NCBI GenBank assembly: GCA_965209055.1
Contig: OZ242374.1
Coordinates: 4,480,001-4,544,000 of the forward strand
Source: Acidobacteriota bacterium
GTDB lineage: Bacteria; Acidobacteriota; UBA6911; RPQK01; JAJDTT01
DNA length: 64,000 nt
Direction: 5' to 3'
Shown here: positions 8,415-16,744 of the stretch, piece by piece
How the letters are laid out: the number at the start of each line of letters is the position of its first letter
Numbering within the stretch: position 1 is the stretch's first letter
Program-made: the position numbers and the translations under genes
Notes under the pieces: model-generated
The model's database searches: none
Seen by the model: only the letters and a program-made list of their open reading frames with translations
What the model was told of the DNA's origin: nothing

Positions 8415-11023
8415 TTGCGGCGGGTCCAGGTTTCGAAGTTCCAGAGCTCCGAATCCCAGGCGTTCAACCGCACACCCTCGATTTCGTTGGAGTGGGCCGA
8501 AACGTACCCGCGGTGAATCAACGGGATGATCGAGTAGCTCTGCACCAGCATGTCGTTCAGGGCAATCGTGAGCTGGGCGCGCCGTTCCTGGTCGACGGTG
8601 CGCTGGAGTTCGGCGTGGACACGGTCATATTCGCCAGACTGGAAGCGCTGGACGTTTCCGCCGCGGAACGAGTTGGATGCCCCGGCGATCTCAGACGTGA
8701 CCCAGGCGCCCAGATAGCCTTCCGGGTCCACAAAGGATGAGCCGTTGGTATACATCTGAACGTCGGCGTAGAACTTGCCCACCGTGTCGGGGCTTTCCGG
8801 ATCTCCACCGAAGAACACCGAAGCGACGACGTCCTTCAATTCGGTCTCGACGCCGATCTCCGCCCACCAGCCCTTGATGTGCTCCTGGGTGGTCTGACGG
8901 ACGGCATTGGTCGATGTCTGGAACAGGATCTTGAGCGGAACCCCGTTGCGCTCCCGCACGCCGTCTCCGTCCGAGTCGACGATTCCGGCGCCGTCGAGAA
9001 TCTCCCTGGCGAGATCGAGGTTCTGGACGAGACATTCATCGTTGTTGGTCGATGCCTGGCCTGGAGGATACGGCCAGAGGTTGCACGTCGACCGGCCGGC
9101 AAGCGGACCATACCCGACCCGAACCAGAGTGTCGCGGTCGATGGCCAGGGAGAGGGCGCGGCCCACGACCGGATCGCTCAGGAACGGGTGGGGGTTCGTC
9201 CCTCCGGCGTACTCCGACCGGAGTTCCCCCAGACTTGGATCCGGGTTCGTCTGGTTGAGCATGAGGCGCTCGACGGCGGTGGCGAAACCGGTGACGATGG
9301 ATCCGCCTCCGCCCTCCGCCAGAGATTCCAGGACATCCGGTTCAATCTGGAGATTCCAGGCATAGTCCGCTTCGTTGAGCTGCAGCACGGCTCTTGCAGC
9401 ATCAGTGGCGTCACCGCCCCCCTGCATCATCACCTCGCCAAAATAGGGAACGCCGTAATCCACGCCCCGGTACAGCGGATTGAACTCGTAGCGGACGGAC
9501 TCGTTGCTGCTGAAATCGGCCACCACGTACGGTCCCGTGCCGATGGGCTGCTGGTTCGCTTCCGTACATCCGGCGGCCGACGCGCCCAGGCAGTCAGCGA
9601 ACTGCGCAGCCTGGAGAATCGGACCGTTGTAGGTCACGAACGGGGAAAACGGGAATGACGTCGGTCCATCGAACGTGATGGTGACGGTCCGGTCATCGAC
9701 GGCGTCGACCGAGCTTACGTTCGCGAACTTCGCCGCGTGGACGCAGCCGGCATCCGGCGCCGTGCAGTACCGCCAGGTGAATACGACATCTTCGGCCGTG
9801 CAGGGCGTTCCGTCGGACCAGACCACGTCCTCCCGAAGTGTCCAGGTAATCCGGGTCCGATCGGCCGAGACGCCGCCGTTGGCGAGAGTCGGAACCTTGT
9901 CGGCCAGAACCGGGACCAATTCCCCGTCGGGGTTGTACTCGGCCAGCGGCTCGATGACCAGGGATGCGCCTTCGGCTTCCTTGGTGCCGCGCGAAAGGTA
10001 CGGGTTGAGGATGGTCGGGGCCTGCCAATAGCGGAGCGTCGCCATCCCGCCCTCGCCGGCTCGATCCAGGTAGTAGCCGGCGCCGACCAGGATCGGCAGC
10101 CCATAGGAAACGACCCGCTTGACGAAAACCATCTTCCGGCGCTTCGTCTGGGTAGCGGGATTGAGGGACTTGTAATAGAGGAACGTCTCGCCGAACGCCT
10201 GCGCCACACTCAGGTCGTCCCGGTCGCTGTGCGACGTCAACTCGGAATCGGCGTAAGACCACTCTTCACGGGACGAGTCCCCGCTGAAGAGCGTCTTGCC
10301 GTGCCGGTCCACACCGAAGACGTAGATCGACTTGTGTGTCCACCGTGGGTCGGCAGACAGAGAGATGGAGGCGAAGTAGCCGTTCGCTTCCAGCTCCAGC
10401 GCGGCGCAGCGGACGAACTCCTGAAGTCTGTCCGCGGAAGGCTCGGCGGCCAGATCCATGGCGTTGACGTCTTCCGGCCTGCAGTTGCCGGGCAGGTCGG
10501 GGCGGTAGATGCCCGCGCCGATGGAGGCGGGGATTCCATCCCAGTCGATGGCTTTGAGGAAGGAGGCTTTCGGCGCCGGCTCTCCGGTCTCCGGATGCGG
10601 GGAGGCGTAGTAGATCCATGCCTCGTCGAATTTGGTCATGAGGCGGTACTGTTCCGCGTACCAGTCGTTGCCCCAGACATCGACATACAGCCCCCACGGC
10701 TGGCCTTCTCTCGACGGGTCACGCGGATAGACCAGCGACCTGGACTGATCGCTCACCGGCGACACCTCGTCCACGAAGACATAGATCGACCCGCTCTTCC
10801 ACCGGTCGTCCTCGTGGAAGGCCCGCCGAGCCTCCTCGAACCCCATTTCCTGGACATACTCGTGGGCGCATCGTACGAACGCCTGAACGTCCTCCGGAGT
10901 TCGGACGGCGCCCGCCGCAACGGAATTGTCGGAACAGGTCAGGTTTTCAGCGGCGGCGAAACCGGAACCGCCGATCAACAGGATCAAGGGAATACATAAT
11001 GGAGGGAGTGCCCGTCTCTTCAT
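8411..11023 (-). CDS. Fusion: two Cache-like domains + peptide ABC substrate-binding protein (family 5)
   Basis: Signal peptide; twice (VQAFVRCA/LQEFVRCA...RW.(S/H)..IYVF...GAG.Y); then WQAPTILNP, LREDVVWSDG, IGTGPY, LSLAIDR, IIPL. Confidence 0.8.
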   Translation of the reverse strand: MKRRALPPLCIPLILLIGGSGFAAAENLTCSDNSVAAGAVRTPEDVQAFVRCAHEYVQEMGFEEARRAFHEDDRWKSGSIYVFVDEVSPVSDQSRSLVYPRDPSREGQPWGLYVDVWGNDWYAEQYRLMTKFDEAWIYYASPHPETGEPAPKASFLKAIDWDGIPASIGAGIYRPDLPGNCRPEDVNAMDLAAEPSADRLQEFVRCAALELEANGYFASISLSADPRWTHKSIYVFGVDRHGKTLFSGDSSREEWSYADSELTSHSDRDDLSVAQAFGETFLYYKSLNPATQTKRRKMVFVKRVVSYGLPILVGAGYYLDRAGEGGMATLRYWQAPTILNPYLSRGTKEAEGASLVIEPLAEYNPDGELVPVLADKVPTLANGGVSADRTRITWTLREDVVWSDGTPCTAEDVVFTWRYCTAPDAGCVHAAKFANVSSVDAVDDRTVTITFDGPTSFPFSPFVTYNGPILQAAQFADCLGASAAGCTEANQQPIGTGPYVVADFSSNESVRYEFNPLYRGVDYGVPYFGEVMMQGGGDATDAARAVLQLNEADYAWNLQIEPDVLESLAEGGGGSIVTGFATAVERLMLNQTNPDPSLGELRSEYAGGTNPHPFLSDPVVGRALSLAIDRDTLVRVGYGPLAGRSTCNLWPYPPGQASTNNDECLVQNLDLAREILDGAGIVDSDGDGVRERNGVPLKILFQTSTNAVRQTTQEHIKGWWAEIGVETELKDVVASVFFGGDPESPDTVGKFYADVQMYTNGSSFVDPEGYLGAWVTSEIAGASNSFRGGNVQRFQSGEYDRVHAELQRTVDQERRAQLTIALNDMLVQSYSIIPLIHRGYVSAHSNEIEGVRLNAWDSELWNFETWTRRK

Positions 11024-11152
11024 GGGACGAACAGACTACCACGGGCGGATGTGATATCAAGACGGGCGGGTCGGCGAAAAGTCCCCGGCTTCCGCGGTCG
11101 CGGGCGGACGGAATACGCCGCCGACGGCACACTCGCGAAAGGAGCCTGAATC

Positions 11153-11953
11153 GTGAATCTGGAGCAGATCCTGCTGCATCTGAGGCTGGACGGCTTCTGC
11201 GTGGTGGAAGGGGTCATTCCCCAGGAGGAGGTCCGGACCATTCGACGCGAGGTCGAGGCCGTCATGGCGGCGCAGGGTTCGGCCGACACCTACCAGGGTG
11301 TGACCAGCGCCTTCGGCGTGCTGGATTCCATCCCCACGTTCGTTCCCTACCTGGCGGATGAGACGGTCATGGCCGTGGCCCGCGCCTGGTTCGGCGGCCA
11401 CCTGCGGATCTCCTACACAGGGAGCATGATTACCGAACCGGGAAACGAGCGGGGCCGCTGGCACGCGGACTGGCCCTACAACCAGGAAAAGGCCGCCCAC
11501 GTCCCGGCTCCCTACCCCGACACGCCGTTCCAGCTCTCCTCCATCTGGATGATTTCCGACTTTACCGACGAAAACGGCGGCACCTGGATCGTCCCCGGCA
11601 GCCACCGGACCTCGGACAATCCCACCGGCGACATCGGAGTTCCCCTGTTCGAACCTTACCCCACCGAGCGGCACGCCACCGGTCCGGCGGGCAGCGTCTT
11701 TCTCTTCGACAGCCGGCTCTGGCACGCCACGGCGAGCAACGAGAGCGGCGGACGCCGCATCAGCATGATCGTGCGTTACGTTCCGTGGTGGCTGGACACG
11801 CGGGTCCTGATGCCGGGAACCAGAGCGCGCCGGACCATGGTGGACGAGCCGGGCTTGCCGGAGAACGAGATCCCGCCGGTGAGACCGGCCGTCTACGAAC
11901 GCCTCCCGGAAACGGTGAAGCCCCTTTACCGCCATTGGGTCAGGAGTTACTGA
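11153..11953 (+). CDS. Phytanoyl-CoA dioxygenase (PhyH) family 2OG-Fe(II) oxygenase
   Basis: DGFCVVEG, WHAD, NGGTWIVPGSH, FDSRLWH. Confidence 0.9.
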   Translation: MNLEQILLHLRLDGFCVVEGVIPQEEVRTIRREVEAVMAAQGSADTYQGVTSAFGVLDSIPTFVPYLADETVMAVARAWFGGHLRISYTGSMITEPGNERGRWHADWPYNQEKAAHVPAPYPDTPFQLSSIWMISDFTDENGGTWIVPGSHRTSDNPTGDIGVPLFEPYPTERHATGPAGSVFLFDSRLWHATASNESGGRRISMIVRYVPWWLDTRVLMPGTRARRTMVDEPGLPENEIPPVRPAVYERLPETVKPLYRHWVRSY

Positions 11954-11998
11954 CACTTTCCTCGGAGGCGCCTGAACAAACGAAGAGTCCAACTGACC

Positions 11999-12799
11999 AT
12001 GAACATGCACCGAGCGGCGGATACTCCGAGCGCCTTTCGGGAACGGTGGAACGGCTGGCTCAATTTCTCCTTGGCCGCATCCCTGGTTCCCTTCTCCTAT
12101 CGGTTCCCTCCCCTGGACCGCATGGTCGATATGGTCCGCCGGGATGAGGGAGTCCGGGTCCTGAGCGGAAGACAGGGAGACCGCATGGACGAGACCGACA
12201 TCTCGCGCCAATTCCGGTCCCTTCCCATCCAGGAGGCCCTGGACTCACCATTCCAGATGTCCCATTTCGACCTTGCCCGGTTCCAGCGACCGGGCGGGAT
12301 CCTGGAGGGACTGGAGGAGCAGGTGATGGTTCCCTGGAAGCGTTTCCTCCGTTCGGCCGGCTTCACTTGGCGGAGATGCTTCCCCATCCTGTTCTTCTCG
12401 GGTCCGGGCTGCGCCACCAACTACCACATGGACCTCTCCCACGTCCTGGCCTGGCAGATCTACGGGACCAAGCATTTCCATGGCCTGACGGATCCCGGCC
12501 GCTGGGCGCCCCTGGACAAGGTGGTGCAGCAAGCCCGCCGGGAGGAGTTGTCCAAGCCTCGCAGACTAAAGCCCGAGGATGTCCTCACTTTCGTCATGAA
12601 GCCGGGCGACTGCCTCTGGAACCAGCTCCTGACGCCCCACTGGGTGGAAGCAAGCTCGGAGACGGCCGTGAGCCTGAACCTCTCTCACGGAGGACTGCGC
12701 TGCCAGGGCCGGCTCGCGCCCCAGGAGCAAGCCTTGGAAGAGTGGTGGAAGACCCACCCTGACGAAGTCTGGCTGGGACCGCCGCATCTGCTGGAATAG
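11999..12799 (+). CDS. Cupin/JmjC-like Fe(II) oxygenase
   Basis: TNYHMD, WQIYGTK, MKPGDCLW...PHWVE, VSLN (HxD...H triad). Confidence 0.7.
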   Translation: MNMHRAADTPSAFRERWNGWLNFSLAASLVPFSYRFPPLDRMVDMVRRDEGVRVLSGRQGDRMDETDISRQFRSLPIQEALDSPFQMSHFDLARFQRPGGILEGLEEQVMVPWKRFLRSAGFTWRRCFPILFFSGPGCATNYHMDLSHVLAWQIYGTKHFHGLTDPGRWAPLDKVVQQARREELSKPRRLKPEDVLTFVMKPGDCLWNQLLTPHWVEASSETAVSLNLSHGGLRCQGRLAPQEQALEEWWKTHPDEVWLGPPHLLE

Positions 12800-12823
12800 G
12801 AGGTGGGACTGTTAGTCCCCCAC
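12797..12823. repeat. REP-like palindrome, short copy (candidate empty attB)
   Basis: TAGGAGGTGGGACTGTTAGTCCCCCAC; core 12805-12819 is identical to the att cores at 15132 and 17899. Confidence 0.75.
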
Positions 12824-12880
12824 TGGAAGGGCGACTGTCCAGGCGACCATTCTTTCCAAATACAAAGTAGGATAGAGCGC

Positions 12881-13783
12881 ATGTTCGAAGAATTCACCCG
12901 AACCCGGATCGACGCCGACGGCACCTCCATCCACCTCGTCCACGGCGGACAGGGCCCTCCGCTCCTGCTGCTTCACGGATACCCCCAGACCCACGTCATG
13001 TGGCACAAGACGGCGCCGCTGCTGGCGCCGCACTTCACCGTGGTCGCACCCGACCTGCGCGGCTACGGCGACAGCGGAAAACCTCCCGTCCCCGCGGGAG
13101 ACCTGAGCGTCTACTGCAAGCGGACCACGGCCAACGACCAGGTCCAGGTCATGGCCCATCTCGGGTTCGATTCCTTCCACGTCGTGGGCCACGATCGCGG
13201 CGCCCGGGTCGGACACCGGATGGCCCTGGACCATCCGGACCGGGTCCGAACCCTGACCTCCCTGGACGTGGTCCCCTCCCAGGCGGCCTTCGACAAAATG
13301 GACAAGGACCTGTCTTTTTCCTGGTTTCACTGGCATTTAATGCGGCAACCCGAACCTTTTCCTGAAACTCTTATCGGCAACAGCGCCAAGTTCTACCTGG
13401 ACTTCCTCCTGGAGCGATGGTGCGGCATCGAAGGCTCCATCACCCCGGAGGCCTACGACGAGTATCTACGCTGTTTCTCCGACCCCGAGACGATCCGCGC
13501 CACCTGCCTGGACTACCGGGGCATCGAGCTGGACCTGGTCCACGACGAGGAGGACCGGGAACGGCGGCTGAGCTGTCCGGTGCTGGCGCTCTGGGGCAGC
13601 GACACCACCAAGCGTCCAGGTTGGCAGACCGGAGCCAGTCTGGATATGCTCACGGTGTGGCGGGAGAGAGCCGTGGACGTCCGGGGCCGAGCCTTGGCCT
13701 GCGGGCACTTCCTGCCCGAGGAGCTGCCCCAGGAGACAGCCGGCGAAATCATGAAGTTCCTGGGAGTCCGCCCAGATTCCTGA
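12881..13783 (+). CDS. Haloacetate/fluoroacetate dehalogenase-like alpha/beta hydrolase
   Basis: Start ATG 12881; LHGYPQTHVMWH, PDLRGYG, GHDRGARV (Asp nucleophile), WFHW, DYR, CGHFLPEE. Confidence 0.85.
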   Translation: MFEEFTRTRIDADGTSIHLVHGGQGPPLLLLHGYPQTHVMWHKTAPLLAPHFTVVAPDLRGYGDSGKPPVPAGDLSVYCKRTTANDQVQVMAHLGFDSFHVVGHDRGARVGHRMALDHPDRVRTLTSLDVVPSQAAFDKMDKDLSFSWFHWHLMRQPEPFPETLIGNSAKFYLDFLLERWCGIEGSITPEAYDEYLRCFSDPETIRATCLDYRGIELDLVHDEEDRERRLSCPVLALWGSDTTKRPGWQTGASLDMLTVWRERAVDVRGRALACGHFLPEELPQETAGEIMKFLGVRPDS

Positions 13784-13821
13784 ATCATCGGCGTGAGTCT
13801 TGGATTGAAGGAGAACCCCTG

Positions 13822-15120
13822 ATGATGAGACGTCCCTTCCAGTTGCTCGCCCCGACCGCGCTCGCCATCGTCATCGGCGCCTGCCAGCCGGCTCCCGAGC
13901 CAAAGACGCCATCCGACCCGCCCAAGATCCGTCTGGAGGTGGGTGATCCCGTGACGGTGCCTACCGGCCAATACCCGGGCCTGTCCTACGGGCCCCGGAT
14001 GGTGACCCTGCCGGACGGAAGAGTCCTGGTCGGCCGGGGAGAGATCGCCTTGACCACGACCGACTCGGGGGCGACATGGGACGTGGGCCCGGCCATCGCC
14101 AGGCCGCACCTGCTTCCTCTCCGGGACGGAAGCTATTTCTTCCTGAAGGGCCGCGGTTCCGCCACCGGCGAGCCGGGGCTGTTCTCCCTGGAAATGGCGC
14201 ACGTCCAGTCCCTGGATGAAAACGCCACCGAAGAACGGATCTCCTGGTCCCCCGCCACGGCGCGCGTCGACCGTTGGACGCCGCTGACGGCCGACAACGA
14301 GAGCGAAGTGGACTACCTGGGCGTCGGGGGCCCGTTCCTGGAGTTGGATGACGGGACCCTGCTGGCCGCCTGCTACGGGAATTTCAAGGGAGACACGGTG
14401 CCCATGGAGGGATTTCCCGCCACCAGCGGCCAGAAGTGGTTCAAGTACCGAACCTACCTGTTGTCCTCCAGCGACGGCGGCGCCACCTGGGAGTACCTCT
14501 CCACCATCGCCTACGACGGAGTCACGGGCCAGGAGAGCTTCTGCGAACCGGCCATGGTGGACCTTAGCGGCGGGGAGTTGTTGGCGGTGATGCGGACCGG
14601 CCGTTTCGCGCCCATGTTCCAGGTCCGTTCCCTGGACGGCGGCAATACCTGGCAGGAACCGGAGTCCATGCACATCCTGGGTCTGGCGCCCCAGATGGTC
14701 CTGCTGGAGAACGGCGCCCTCGTGTGCAGCTTCGGCTGGAGACGTCTGAAGGTGGGCTACGGCCATGGACTCAACGACGAGGGCGGACCGTACCCGGTCG
14801 CATTGCGGGATTACCAGGAACGCTATCTTCAAGACGTGGGCATCGAGAACCCGTCCGAAGCGGCCGGCGATTACGTGATGGTCAGCCTGGACAAGGGGAA
14901 GACCTGGTCCGAGCCCCGCAAGTTCGCCGAGCCCCTCACCTCCGGGTACACTCTCTTGGCCGCCACCGGACCCGACACCGTCCTGGTCATGTCAGCCAGA
15001 CTCACCATTCCGGGCCAGTCCCAGGAGCGTCACCTGGAGATCTGGGAGCGGGAATGGCCCCAGTGGTCCGACAAGTCCGTCGTGGTAAGAGTCGCCCGAA
15101 AGATCCGCGTCGTGCTGTAG
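13822..15120 (+). CDS. Sialidase/BNR-repeat lipoprotein
   Basis: RBS AAGGAG then ATG 13822; lipobox IVIGAC; Asp-boxes TTDSGATW, SSDGGATW, SLDGGNTW, SLDKGKTW. Confidence 0.8.
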   Translation: MMRRPFQLLAPTALAIVIGACQPAPEPKTPSDPPKIRLEVGDPVTVPTGQYPGLSYGPRMVTLPDGRVLVGRGEIALTTTDSGATWDVGPAIARPHLLPLRDGSYFFLKGRGSATGEPGLFSLEMAHVQSLDENATEERISWSPATARVDRWTPLTADNESEVDYLGVGGPFLELDDGTLLAACYGNFKGDTVPMEGFPATSGQKWFKYRTYLLSSSDGGATWEYLSTIAYDGVTGQESFCEPAMVDLSGGELLAVMRTGRFAPMFQVRSLDGGNTWQEPESMHILGLAPQMVLLENGALVCSFGWRRLKVGYGHGLNDEGGPYPVALRDYQERYLQDVGIENPSEAAGDYVMVSLDKGKTWSEPRKFAEPLTSGYTLLAATGPDTVLVMSARLTIPGQSQERHLEIWEREWPQWSDKSVVVRVARKIRVVL

Positions 15121-15131
15121 GAATAGGAGGG

Positions 15132-15146
15132 GGGACTGTTAGTCCC
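15132..15146 (+). repeat. attL core
   Basis: GGGACTGTTAGTCCC, identical to 17899-17913. Confidence 0.85.
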
Positions 15147-15183
15147 AACTGTCCCACAGTCAAAGACTACCGAACGTTAACGT

Positions 15184-15196
15184 TTTCAATATGTTA
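15184..15196 (+). promoter_or_regulatory. IHF-like site in left att arm
   Basis: TTTCAATATGTTA vs consensus WATCAANNNNTTR (1 mismatch). Confidence 0.55.
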
Positions 15197-15254
15197 CCGG
15201 GTTCTTCGCCGGACCGGTAAGGTGTTTGACTCCCCATGTTTGACGTGCTGAACA

Positions 15255-15269
15255 GGCAACAAACAGGCA
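15255..15269 (+). repeat. Putative integrase arm-type site (left)
   Basis: GGCAACAAACAGGCA, identical to 17791-17805; internally tandem (ACAGGCA). Confidence 0.7.
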
Positions 15270-15393
15270 GCCGAATCGGTTCCTGACAGCCGCCCCGCCC
15301 TTTTTTCCCCTTCCGGTGCCTGGCTCAGAGCCCTTATCAGTTAGGCTTTGCTGACCGTTTGGCTCCACCGCAGGACTCAGCCTGAGGCCGAAG

Positions 15394-15621
15394 GTGTCCG
15401 GCTTCGAACGGCTCGGCATTCCCAAGCATCAGCATCCCCGGCAAGTGTACTACGGCACGGTCGGGAAGACCCGGCACTACTTGGCGTTCAAACTGCCGAT
15501 TGCCGTCGAGGACGACAGGGCCGTCCTCGTCGGTGTCGATCCGGAGCCTGTGGCCACCAAGGGTCTGCGCTCCTGGATGGCGGCGCACCGGCGGTGGAGG
15601 AGCGCTCCGTCTCAGTTGTGA
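15394..15621 (+). CDS. Small hypothetical protein or gene fragment in the element
   Basis: 75-aa ORF with protein-like composition (RQVYYGTVGKTRHYLAFKLP); start uncertain. Confidence 0.3.
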   Translation: MSGFERLGIPKHQHPRQVYYGTVGKTRHYLAFKLPIAVEDDRAVLVGVDPEPVATKGLRSWMAAHRRWRSAPSQL

Positions 15622-15831
15622 TCGAGATGACCACTCTCGGCCGCCGCAAAGATTTTTGGAGACTCGTTTCGGGTGTGCGTCAAGGGGTCTCGCGCCCGAT
15701 CCGGGAGTGTGAATGGGACATGGGGGGTGGATTCACAAAAAGCGGTCCCGGTGATTCACACCTCCGCTTTCCCCGATCGTTTTTCCTTTCAGTCAGTTAC
15801 GGCCCCCTACCCCCGGACGCCGGCGCCCGCA

Positions 15832-15959
15832 CGGGGAGATCGGAGGTGGACGGGAGCGACCCCCCCTTTTTGCTGCCCGGTGCGGGCGCGGGGGTGTTGC
15901 GCGATTCACATCTGCGCAACACCCCCTGGGGGGGTCGCTCCCGTCTCAATTATCCTTGC
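15832..15959 (+). other. Conserved branched stem-loop element, copy 1 (candidate oriT, ssDNA origin or ncRNA)
   Basis: Outer stem GACGGGAGCGACCCCCCC/GGGGGGGTCGCTCCCGTC enclosing two hairpins, followed by TATCCTTGC; covarying homolog at 28762-28886. Confidence 0.7.
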
Positions 15960-15999
15960 AGGAAGGCCCGGAGGAAGACCGTGGACCGGGTGGACCTGT

Positions 16000-16386
16000 C
16001 CCCCCAAACCCCCCAGTGGCGCCAGAACCCCTGGCGGCTCACATTGCCGCCAGTGAACCTGACGCTCGTCGCGGGTGGGCCAGCCCCCCCGAACCCCCCG
16101 GATGCGAAGAGACACATACCAACTGAAAATCCCTTCCAGAGAGCGCCGAGGCCCTGGGTTCGAGCCTCCCCACCGTGTGGAAAATCAGAGATTTCCCACA
16201 GGGTGCGTCGTTTTGCCGACCCTACAATCAGCGCCCCCCACCAAAGAAAGTCTGCTCCCGGCTGGAAGCCGTCCGAGACCGCGCGAGGGACCCATTCCTA
16301 TGGGACGCGACAAACAGGAGCGCGTGAAAAAGGGTCAGGCAGGGTGAGCCTGACTCTTTGAGGGCGCCACTGGGGGGTCTGGGGGG
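16000..16386. repeat. 24-bp inverted repeat pair in the non-coding core of the element
   Basis: CCCCCCAAACCCCCCAGTGGCGCC (16000-16023) vs GGCGCCACTGGGGGGTCTGGGGGG (16363-16386), 1 mismatch. Confidence 0.7.
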
Positions 16387-16744
16387 AAAGGTTCCCCCCG
16401 GTCCGTCATCCGTTCCGGCTGGCCGGCCTCGCGGACCAGGACGTCACCGGCCCGCCGTTGGAGGACCTCGACCACGGTCGCGGTCCAGGTCTCTTGGCCC
16501 CGCGTCGTGATCGGGATGGAGCCGCCGAGAAGGCGCTCGGGGAGCTTGCCGGTGGCCGCAAGGCAGGACGAACTCCAGGAGCCCTCTTCGAGCTTGTAGG
16601 GACTCCACGCCGACGATACGGAGCTTTCGCAGGTGTTTTGCCATCGACACCGGAGAGGTTGGACAGGGGCCGTGCTGGCGGCCATGGACAGGTGGTACGA
16701 TTCGCCCCATGGCGAAGAACCCGGATCCGGAAAGGAGGAGATGC

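Noticed and set aside
15348-16361. 337-aa ORF inside the mini-element as a Rep or relaxase
   Set aside because: Pro/Arg/Gly-rich, no HUH or Rep motifs, and it runs through the structured repeats
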